Positions 9,643 through 18,223 of a DNA stretch of 64,000 bases are shown here, piece after piece. The stretch covers positions 44,698 to 108,697 of IMG/VR virus record IMGVR_UViG_3300010157_000040. One strand, written 5' to 3'. The stretch comes from a virus. Each line of letters starts with the position of its first letter. Position 1 is the first letter of the stretch. Under the pieces are notes generated by a model. The model was not told the DNA's origin and searched no databases. It saw only the letters and a list, made by a program, of their open reading frames with translations. Made by a program: the position numbers and the translations under genes.

Positions 9643-12368
9643 TGAAAAAGTATATAACAAAAAGGTCTAACATAAAAGGAGCTGGTAAAGGTTTATTTAC
9701 TAAAGCTGCATATAAAAAAGGAGAAGTAATTGGTTTAGCACATGTTAATGATCAACCTGCTACAGAAATAGGAAGGAATCATAATCATAATGAAGAAAAT
9801 CCTACTGCATATAATGAAAAAATAAATAATAAAAGATATTTATTTGCATCAAGAGATTTAAAACCTAATGAAGAAATTACTACTAACTATAGATTACAAC
9901 CTGAGTTAGAACAACCTGAAGATTTTCAAAAAAGAAAAGGTGGTACTGTATCTATGCCTACTGATAAACCTGAAAAATCTAAAAAGTTTTCTAGAAGTTT
10001 AGATGCAACCAATAGATTGTTTACAGAAAACAAATTATTTAAAATACCTAAGTCTAGAAAGAATAAAGTATTTGATCCACATGCTAAATATTATGCAGAA
10101 GGTGGTAGTTATGAAGAAGCAGAATTAACTCCAGAAGAAATAGAAGCATATAGAGCAGAAGGATATACTGTAGATGAAACTGAATATAAAGAAGGTGGTG
10201 CATACTATGATGATTCTAGAGATGCTTGGGTAGATGCAGATGGAAAAGTAGGACCTAATGGTCCAGCATATTCTAATGGTGGAGATATTTCTGTACCTTC
10301 ATTAAATCAAATGCAAGATGGTGGAACATATACATATGCAGGTAGAAAAGATTCTACATATAAAAAAGATGCAAGTGGTAATTGGTTAATTAAAAATGCA
10401 TCTACCGGAAATAAGTTTACTGCTATCAGTGATCCAAAAGGTACAAGAACTAAAACATTAAATGCACAAGCTGTACCAACTAGTACACCAAGAGCAATAG
10501 AAAAAGTATATGCATCAACAGCTGAATCTACAGATACTCCTAATATTAGAGAAAGAACAGCACTTGATGCACCATATAAAATGAATCAATATGTTAAACA
10601 TGTAAATAATGAACATGGTTTAGTTATAAATTATAAAAACAGTATTTATAATAATACAGCTTTTACACCTAAAGATAAAGATAAATATATAAATAAACTA
10701 AAAGGTAAAAACTTAGATCAACAAGCTGAAATATCTAAAAATTATTTAATGGGTCTTGCTACAGTAAAAGCTAATCAAGGTACTATAAGAGGTGTACCAA
10801 AAAAAGGTACAGCAGATTATATTGAAAGAGGTTGGGATATGGTAACAAATCCATTTGCTGCTTTTCATTATTCTGTTGCAACAGGAGATGTTAATAATAT
10901 GCCATGGCATTATAATGATGCAATGAGAAGAGGTATTAATCCAGAGAAATCATTAAGAGGTGGATCAGAAATTAGTGAAATTGCTAATACACCAAATCCT
11001 TTTGATGCAGGTGATAAAGTTGCATGGAATACAGGACAAGGAAATTATGGTGCTGCACTAATGCATGCTACAAGATTTTTACCATACACAGCAACAACAG
11101 TTGGTGCTAACATGCTTGGGGCATTAAATAGATTTGGTAATGTTGTTGAATCTGCTGCTAATTATAAACCATTAGTTGGTATATCAAGAAGTACTAGTAC
11201 TCTTGGAAGAGCATTAGAAGAAACTGCAACTCTTAATAATTCATTAAGAGTAGGAAGTATGGCTCAATCTGTGTCATTAACTCCAGATATTATATCAGAT
11301 GCAGGTGACTATATAAATTCAGGAGGTAGAAAAACTGAACAAGGAATGAATGCTTTAAAAAATACAGGTAGAGCATTATTATATGGAACATCTGCATTAT
11401 CAACAAGACCTGGTTCATATGGTTCATTAATTAATCAAAATTTAACACCATATAAAGCACCATATAATATTTATAATGACATATATAATGTATATCATAA
11501 AAAACCTAATAGAATGTCATCAGTTCCATTAGATTTATTTGGTGCTGCAAGATCATTAGCTGGTTTACGTGGAGCAAGAAAATTAGGTGGTGAACAAAAA
11601 AGTATAGAAGCAAATGTTACAGATGAAGATATACAAGATTTAATTGATCAAGGTTTTATTGTTGAAGAAGTTGATACATATTCTGAAGGTGGTGATATAA
11701 ACACAGAGATGATTAATACAGAAATAATGGATACAGAATCTCCACAAGATTTAGATCCTGTTCATATGAAAAAATATTTGAGTGACTTAAGATACTTAGA
11801 AAATGGTATTAAAAAAGGATATAAAAATGATAAATGGTATCCACATGCTAGTGTTGAAGGTGGTGCAAAAACAATTGCTTATGGACATAAGTTAGCAAAT
11901 AATTCAGAATACAAAGGTGGACTTACTGAAAAAGAAGCATTAGCATTACAAAAAGAAGATGTATTAAAACATCAATCAGAAGCAGAAAGATTAACTGATG
12001 CAAAATATGGTGAAGGTACTTTTGATAAATTACCACAAAAAAATCAAATGTTATTAGTTGACTATGCATATAATGGTGTATATAATAAATTTCCATCATT
12101 TGTAAAGAGTGTTGTAAATAATAATAAAAAAGGAATGTTAAATAATTACAAAAGATATTCTGGCAACAATCCTATTACAAATAGAAATGAATGGACTGCA
12201 GATGTAATTAATGATCAAGAAAAAACTAACAAAACTGTAGATAAAGCTAAAAAGTCAGAAAATAGTTTTATAAATAGTATTGTTCCTACTTTATATGGAG
12301 AATCTAAACCTAAAGCTAAACCACAATCAAAGAAGGTATATAACTTTATGACAGGTAAATACCAATAA
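9642..12368 (+). CDS. Virion cargo protein: N-terminal SET domain, GG-delimited modules, C-terminal lysozyme-like muramidase
   Basis: SET: SNIKGAGKGLFT...KKGEVI...NHNH...FASRDLKPNEEITTNY (about 9642-9895). Lysozyme (GH24-like): LENG...WYPH...TIAYGH...LVDYAYN...RN (about 11760-12215). Confidence 0.75.
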   Translation: MKKYITKRSNIKGAGKGLFTKAAYKKGEVIGLAHVNDQPATEIGRNHNHNEENPTAYNEKINNKRYLFASRDLKPNEEITTNYRLQPELEQPEDFQKRKGGTVSMPTDKPEKSKKFSRSLDATNRLFTENKLFKIPKSRKNKVFDPHAKYYAEGGSYEEAELTPEEIEAYRAEGYTVDETEYKEGGAYYDDSRDAWVDADGKVGPNGPAYSNGGDISVPSLNQMQDGGTYTYAGRKDSTYKKDASGNWLIKNASTGNKFTAISDPKGTRTKTLNAQAVPTSTPRAIEKVYASTAESTDTPNIRERTALDAPYKMNQYVKHVNNEHGLVINYKNSIYNNTAFTPKDKDKYINKLKGKNLDQQAEISKNYLMGLATVKANQGTIRGVPKKGTADYIERGWDMVTNPFAAFHYSVATGDVNNMPWHYNDAMRRGINPEKSLRGGSEISEIANTPNPFDAGDKVAWNTGQGNYGAALMHATRFLPYTATTVGANMLGALNRFGNVVESAANYKPLVGISRSTSTLGRALEETATLNNSLRVGSMAQSVSLTPDIISDAGDYINSGGRKTEQGMNALKNTGRALLYGTSALSTRPGSYGSLINQNLTPYKAPYNIYNDIYNVYHKKPNRMSSVPLDLFGAARSLAGLRGARKLGGEQKSIEANVTDEDIQDLIDQGFIVEEVDTYSEGGDINTEMINTEIMDTESPQDLDPVHMKKYLSDLRYLENGIKKGYKNDKWYPHASVEGGAKTIAYGHKLANNSEYKGGLTEKEALALQKEDVLKHQSEAERLTDAKYGEGTFDKLPQKNQMLLVDYAYNGVYNKFPSFVKSVVNNNKKGMLNNYKRYSGNNPITNRNEWTADVINDQEKTNKTVDKAKKSENSFINSIVPTLYGESKPKAKPQSKKVYNFMTGKYQ

Positions 12369-12369
12369 C

Positions 12370-12416
12370 TAAACTTTTCAAGTTTATGTATTAAACTAAA
12401 ATTTATTATATTTATA
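12370..12416 (+). promoter_or_regulatory. Putative late promoter/operator: inverted repeat TAAACTT-ttc-AAGTTTA plus TATATTTATA
   Basis: Perfect 7-bp inverted repeat at 12370-12386 and TATATTTATA at 12407-12416; similar layout at 20525-20571. Confidence 0.55.
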
Positions 12417-12430
12417 ATAGAACTAATAAT

Positions 12431-15400
12431 ATGAAAAAGAAAGTAAGAATATACAGAGCACAAGATGGTATTGGTAAGTTTTTGCATAAAAAACAAGAAG
12501 GTGGTATGCTTGATGTAAATGAAAGAGGTTACCCAGGTCAACAAGAGCAAACTCCTGTAACTCAAGAACAATTGACTCAGTTAGTTGTTAATGATATATC
12601 TCAAGGTATTTCTAAAGAACAAGTGATTGTTAAACTTGCTACTGTACATGGATTAGATCCAATGCAAGCTAGTCAATTTTATGATCAAATTTTTGGATTA
12701 TTAGAAGATCAAAAACAAAAAGATATTGACAGTGTTGAAAATCCAGATGAAACAGAAACTGTAGACAATCCTGAAGAAGAAGTTGTAGAAGAAGAAACTC
12801 CAGATACATTAAATTATGATCACACAAGTAATGCAGGTTTAGATATTGCACAAGAAGATGATGGTTTAGATGTTGCTAATGAAGATTTAGGAACTCTTGA
12901 ATCTGATCTTATAATGAGAAGAGGTGGTTTAGTTAGAGCAGATGAAGGTGCAAGTATAGATGATACACTTTGGAATACACAAACTTATCCAATTCAATTT
13001 CCTGGTATGGATACATACTTACCTGATAATACAGGTATGGATCAATATATAAATCAACAAAATACACAGACTGTTGCAGATAGAGCATACCCAGATCCAA
13101 CTGGTGGAATGTTAAATAATACTGACACAGCATCTAATTATGCAGAACGTGTACCAGATCCTAATGCAGATACATCAGAATATAAAAAAGGTGGTACATA
13201 TAAAACTGATAAAAGGAAGTTTGTTAATTCAATTCTTAACTTAGTTAAGAAACAAATGGGTGGACAAGAAAAACCTATGTCTAATGATGCAGATCCTACT
13301 GGACAAAATGTTAGAACAAATAATTTACAAGCATTTATTGGTACAGTAAAAAATCAAAGTCAAATTGCTATTGCTAAAAAAGAAGCAGAAGAACAGTATG
13401 ATAAGATGATGCAGCAACAACAGATGATGATACAACAACAACAACCACCAATGTATCCTATGGCACAAGAAGGTGGTATGTATCCTAATATGGATGAAGA
13501 TCCAGAAAATCCTATGCATCATTTAGAAGCATATGCAAATACAACACATGGTATTTTTGATCAACCAATGGTTGGACTTTCTCAAGCACAGTATGGTGGT
13601 AATACAGAAGGTTGTTTTCCTACACAATTACCTAATGGTCAAGTAATTACTAATTGTTTTCCAAGACAAGAACAAAGAGATGAAAATCAAAGACAAATTG
13701 ATGCAGGATCATATGATGGTTTAGGTGCTACACAAGAACAAGATATTGATAGAGGTAATTATCCAAAAATATTTGATCCTAATGAATCTCATGTAACTAA
13801 TTTTCCAAAAAGATTTGATCCTTATGCACCTCATGTACCTAGTTATGTTAATTATGGTAATGGTCAAGTAATGTATACTCCAAGAAGAAGACAAACTAAT
13901 ATAGGTGTGATACCTGGTATGCAAGGATTACAAGGTATGCCTAATTTTGGTTATGGTAATGGTATGCCTCCTATTACTAAATTAGATGTAAGAAGATCTG
14001 GTTTGTTTGGTAGACCAAGAAGATATACTGCAGAGTTTGGACAAGGTGCAATGTTACCGGGTCAACAAGGTTCTGGTATAGGTTTTTATGGTTATGGTGC
14101 ACCTGAAATAAAAAAGTCACCTGCTAGAGTTATAGTAGAAAATGTTGCATCAACGGTTAATAATGAAGCTATAAAAGAAGTAGCAAAAGTAACTCCGGGA
14201 AGTACAGCAACTACAACTGCAGTTGATCCAAATAAAAAAGCTACTGAAGTAAAAGTTGTTCCAGGAAGTGGATCTGGTTCTGGTTCTGGAACAGGTAATA
14301 CTAATAAGAAATCTAATACAGGTAATTCAACACCAATTAAATCTAATGAAGAAGTTGTTATTGATCCAAAAACTGGTTATGCAAGTAAAGATCAATTTAA
14401 TGTTAGACAAGGAATAAAAATTGGTAATGTTGCTTTTGTAACAGATTTAAAAAATAATGATTTGTACACACAAATGCAAGATGTGTGGACAGGTAATCCT
14501 GTTGAAAATGAATGGAAAAAAAATGATCCAACATATATGCCATCTAAAGGTGGTGCAAAAAATGTAAATAGTAATCCTACTATAGGACCTAATGGTGAAA
14601 AACGTCATACATTAGGAAGAATGTATCCTGGTGAAACTAATGCACATTTTAATCAAAGAGTAAAAGAATATAATGCAAAACCATGGTATGAAAAAATGGT
14701 TAACACAAATCCAGAAAAAGAATGGGCTGATAGTCAAAGTAATAACTATAATGATGTAGGACCTATGCAATACCTTGCACCAACATCAGTTGGTTCAGGT
14801 GCTATACTTGGTGCAGGAAAATTATCTGCAGAAGTTGCAAAAAAACTTGCAAGTAAAGTAGCACCAAAAGTTGCTAAAGTAGTTAGTAAAGTAGCAAAAA
14901 CACCAGCACAAGTAAAAGCAGCAAAAGCACTTGCATCTCAGAAAGCAATGTTAAGACAAATTAATAAAGGTAATTATGGGTATCACGAAGAAGGTGGTAT
15001 TATAGATACATCTACTATAGATCCAAATAATCCTGAGTTAATGAGATTTGTATATGGTGGTAATGATCCTTATGTTACACAACAAGATATAAACTATAGT
15101 AACTCTAAAGATGTAACAGATCCATATTTTCAAGGTGGTGGTGAATTAACTGATGAAGAACAGAAAGAAGCAGATGCAGCAGTATATGATAAAATCAATC
15201 CTGAAATTTTAGCACAAATTCAGAAAGAACAAGCAGCATCTTCACCAAATCCATATATGGAACCTGTTGGTCAAAGAGATAAAAGTTTACCTGATTCTGC
15301 TAATAGAGAAAACTATAGTAGATTAGTTGAAAATGGTAAAGTGTATACTGGATATAATCCAGATCATAAGTATGTAGGTGCTGATTATGTACCTAAAAAT

Positions 15401-18214
15401 ACTACTACCCAACAATATCCTCAAGGATACTATCCACAACAAGGTGGTTACAATCCAAATTTTTTACAAAAGTTTTTTCCAGGTAATTTACCACAAGTTG
15501 TTGGTTCTTACGGAGAAATGAAAAAAATGTATGATCCAAAAACTGGTTTACCATATACTGGAGGATTTGGTCCTGGTACACAACTTACTAAACTAGATGT
15601 AAGAAAATCACGTTTAAATGGAGATCCAAAAAAATACACTATGTATTTTAATAATTCAGAAATGGATCCAAGAAAACAAGGTTTAATTAGTCTTGATGGT
15701 CAAGGTAATGGTTCTGGAAATGGTCATGGAAATGATAATACAAACTATAGTGATGATAGATGGGGAAGACATGATGAAAGATATAATGCTAGAAATAAAA
15801 GAAGATTAAATAGACATGGCATTGATGTACCAGAAGAAACAAGAGATAATCCATATTTAAATGAACGTGAAGATGTTCAAACTCAAATAGATACAGAAGG
15901 TAATTCTATTCCATTAGGAGAAAACAAATATAATTCTAACGTTGTAAATACAAGTACTGCAGTTTTAGATAATAATGGTATTCCAATGACTGATGATGGT
16001 TCTAACTTAATGATAGAAAATCATCCAGATTTCTCTTCAGTATCTCCATCTGAATCATCTAATGTTAGAGAAGATATTAAACTTAATCCAGAAGCAACTA
16101 AACTTGCTGCACAAAAAGCATATGGAGAATATGGTGATGTTTCTGCAGAATTTGGTAACAATGGTCCTCAATTACAAGAAGCATTTAATAATATATTTGC
16201 AACACAAGGTCAAGATGCAGCTGATGCAATGATGTCAAATGCATTTAAAGAAAGAAATGCAAATATTAAAGACATGCCGGTTGAACAACCAGTTGAACAA
16301 ACAGCTGAACAACCTATTGATGAAGCTACAGGTGAACCTATTAATGTACCTACTGATCAACCAGTAAATGAATCTAATGTAGATAATTCTGATGCTGTAT
16401 CAGAAGCACCAATGCAGAAAATTAGTAGTAATAATTCTGCAATAGATTTTATGAATAATTACAATACTAATCCTGAGTTTGCTGCAATGGTAGATGATGC
16501 TAAAAATAGAGCACAAGGAACAAATGGTGATTGGTATGGAACAGGAGATAGTCAGAATTTAGAATCACCTACTGTTCGTGATATGGCAAACTATAATAAT
16601 GAAGCAAATGCATTAAATAAATTTACATCTGCAATAGATGAAGATCAATATGCACAACAAGAAGGTTTACCAATAAGACAAGCACATATAGATCAGAATA
16701 CTAATTATCCTGATAAAATAGAAATGCCTGCGGAATTACAAGATTGGCAAAACAAACAAAATATAAATAATAGTAATAATCAAGTTGTTAATAATAAAAA
16801 CCCTAGACAAGGTACAAACCAAAACAATAGAGGTAATAGTAAAGTTGATAATAAAATAAATACTAAATTAAATAATATTGATATTAAGGAAAATCCATAT
16901 CCAAAAGATTCAGAAATGCATTATGTATATGAAGAGTTAACACCTGAAGAGAAAAAATTACATAAAATAGCTAATATAAAAAATGAATCAAAACGTCAAG
17001 GAGATAAAAATAATAGAAATAAAGAACTTGAAGTATTTAATCATTCAAATGAAGGAAGAGAACAGTATTATAATAACTTAGATAGAGGTGCAGCTCAACA
17101 ATATTATAAATCTGATATAGAACCTAAAATTACTCAAACAACAAATGCATATAATAATGCAATTGATGCAGCTAAAACAGATGCAGCAAGAAATAAACTT
17201 GTAAAAGAAAAAGAAATTGCCTTAAATAATATTAATAAACAATTCTTTAAAGGTATTGATTTTGATCAAGCAGGTTCACAATATACTCCACCTCCAAAAA
17301 ATATTACAGAAGGTAATGACTTTAGAAAATATATGCATGAGTTTTATCCTAACATAAGTAAAAGTTTTAATTTAGATGTTAAAGGAAATATTAATTCAAG
17401 TGAATTTAAAGATGTTTGGAATAAGTATGGTGCAAGATTTTTATATGGTAATCGTTCAGATGATCAAAAAGTAAAAGTTAGAAATACTATAAAAAGTCAT
17501 ATGGGTGCTTTTGGACATCTTAGAGATGGTGGTGCATTAAATAAATTTATTCCTAAAGCATCACCAGGATTAGAAGTTGGTTCACCAGTTACCTATACAG
17601 GTAATAAAGCACTAGAAGGAATGACTGATGTACAAATGATTAGTCTTAATCCAGGTATACAAGATTTAAATCCATCTTCTCTAACAGGTTTCATGAATAA
17701 TAATAATAATGCACCTGCTAGAAATATGTCACAAGATCCTGCACAAATGAATATAGATAAAAACCAAATTGAAAGTCAAAATGCAGAAAAAGTTTATAAT
17801 CCTAATGGAGACTTTGCAATAGATATTAAACAAAAAAACATGTATGAAGTAGATCCTGAAGTTTTATTACAAACAGGTAATGCACTTGGTAGAGGTTATG
17901 CAGGAATGATGAATAATATACAAAATCGTAAAAATACACGTAACATGTATAACGATCTTAATGCAGATAATTTATATTCAGCAACTACTGATAGAGACAG
18001 AGGAGATTATACTAAGTCTGGTTCTGCAAGAGGTGAGTTAAGATTTGATGAACAAGGTGCTAATAGTACTGGTAGATTTGCACAATACGGTGGAACATCT
18101 AATGAAGATAATATGTATGACCAAGGTGGTTATTTTGATGGTGATGAAGCATACATGACAGAAGATCAAATTAAACAGTTCTTAGAAGCTGGAGGAGAAA
18201 TAGAATATTTATAA
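12431..18214 (+). CDS. Large low-complexity virion cargo protein with many xxxGG motifs
   Basis: 1927 aa, Q/N/G/D/E-rich and probably largely disordered; between muzzle and ejection genes; duplicated TKLDVR module. Confidence 0.6.
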   Translation: MKKKVRIYRAQDGIGKFLHKKQEGGMLDVNERGYPGQQEQTPVTQEQLTQLVVNDISQGISKEQVIVKLATVHGLDPMQASQFYDQIFGLLEDQKQKDIDSVENPDETETVDNPEEEVVEEETPDTLNYDHTSNAGLDIAQEDDGLDVANEDLGTLESDLIMRRGGLVRADEGASIDDTLWNTQTYPIQFPGMDTYLPDNTGMDQYINQQNTQTVADRAYPDPTGGMLNNTDTASNYAERVPDPNADTSEYKKGGTYKTDKRKFVNSILNLVKKQMGGQEKPMSNDADPTGQNVRTNNLQAFIGTVKNQSQIAIAKKEAEEQYDKMMQQQQMMIQQQQPPMYPMAQEGGMYPNMDEDPENPMHHLEAYANTTHGIFDQPMVGLSQAQYGGNTEGCFPTQLPNGQVITNCFPRQEQRDENQRQIDAGSYDGLGATQEQDIDRGNYPKIFDPNESHVTNFPKRFDPYAPHVPSYVNYGNGQVMYTPRRRQTNIGVIPGMQGLQGMPNFGYGNGMPPITKLDVRRSGLFGRPRRYTAEFGQGAMLPGQQGSGIGFYGYGAPEIKKSPARVIVENVASTVNNEAIKEVAKVTPGSTATTTAVDPNKKATEVKVVPGSGSGSGSGTGNTNKKSNTGNSTPIKSNEEVVIDPKTGYASKDQFNVRQGIKIGNVAFVTDLKNNDLYTQMQDVWTGNPVENEWKKNDPTYMPSKGGAKNVNSNPTIGPNGEKRHTLGRMYPGETNAHFNQRVKEYNAKPWYEKMVNTNPEKEWADSQSNNYNDVGPMQYLAPTSVGSGAILGAGKLSAEVAKKLASKVAPKVAKVVSKVAKTPAQVKAAKALASQKAMLRQINKGNYGYHEEGGIIDTSTIDPNNPELMRFVYGGNDPYVTQQDINYSNSKDVTDPYFQGGGELTDEEQKEADAAVYDKINPEILAQIQKEQAASSPNPYMEPVGQRDKSLPDSANRENYSRLVENGKVYTGYNPDHKYVGADYVPKNTTTQQYPQGYYPQQGGYNPNFLQKFFPGNLPQVVGSYGEMKKMYDPKTGLPYTGGFGPGTQLTKLDVRKSRLNGDPKKYTMYFNNSEMDPRKQGLISLDGQGNGSGNGHGNDNTNYSDDRWGRHDERYNARNKRRLNRHGIDVPEETRDNPYLNEREDVQTQIDTEGNSIPLGENKYNSNVVNTSTAVLDNNGIPMTDDGSNLMIENHPDFSSVSPSESSNVREDIKLNPEATKLAAQKAYGEYGDVSAEFGNNGPQLQEAFNNIFATQGQDAADAMMSNAFKERNANIKDMPVEQPVEQTAEQPIDEATGEPINVPTDQPVNESNVDNSDAVSEAPMQKISSNNSAIDFMNNYNTNPEFAAMVDDAKNRAQGTNGDWYGTGDSQNLESPTVRDMANYNNEANALNKFTSAIDEDQYAQQEGLPIRQAHIDQNTNYPDKIEMPAELQDWQNKQNINNSNNQVVNNKNPRQGTNQNNRGNSKVDNKINTKLNNIDIKENPYPKDSEMHYVYEELTPEEKKLHKIANIKNESKRQGDKNNRNKELEVFNHSNEGREQYYNNLDRGAAQQYYKSDIEPKITQTTNAYNNAIDAAKTDAARNKLVKEKEIALNNINKQFFKGIDFDQAGSQYTPPPKNITEGNDFRKYMHEFYPNISKSFNLDVKGNINSSEFKDVWNKYGARFLYGNRSDDQKVKVRNTIKSHMGAFGHLRDGGALNKFIPKASPGLEVGSPVTYTGNKALEGMTDVQMISLNPGIQDLNPSSLTGFMNNNNNAPARNMSQDPAQMNIDKNQIESQNAEKVYNPNGDFAIDIKQKNMYEVDPEVLLQTGNALGRGYAGMMNNIQNRKNTRNMYNDLNADNLYSATTDRDRGDYTKSGSARGELRFDEQGANSTGRFAQYGGTSNEDNMYDQGGYFDGDEAYMTEDQIKQFLEAGGEIEYL

Positions 18215-18223
18215 ATTTACACT

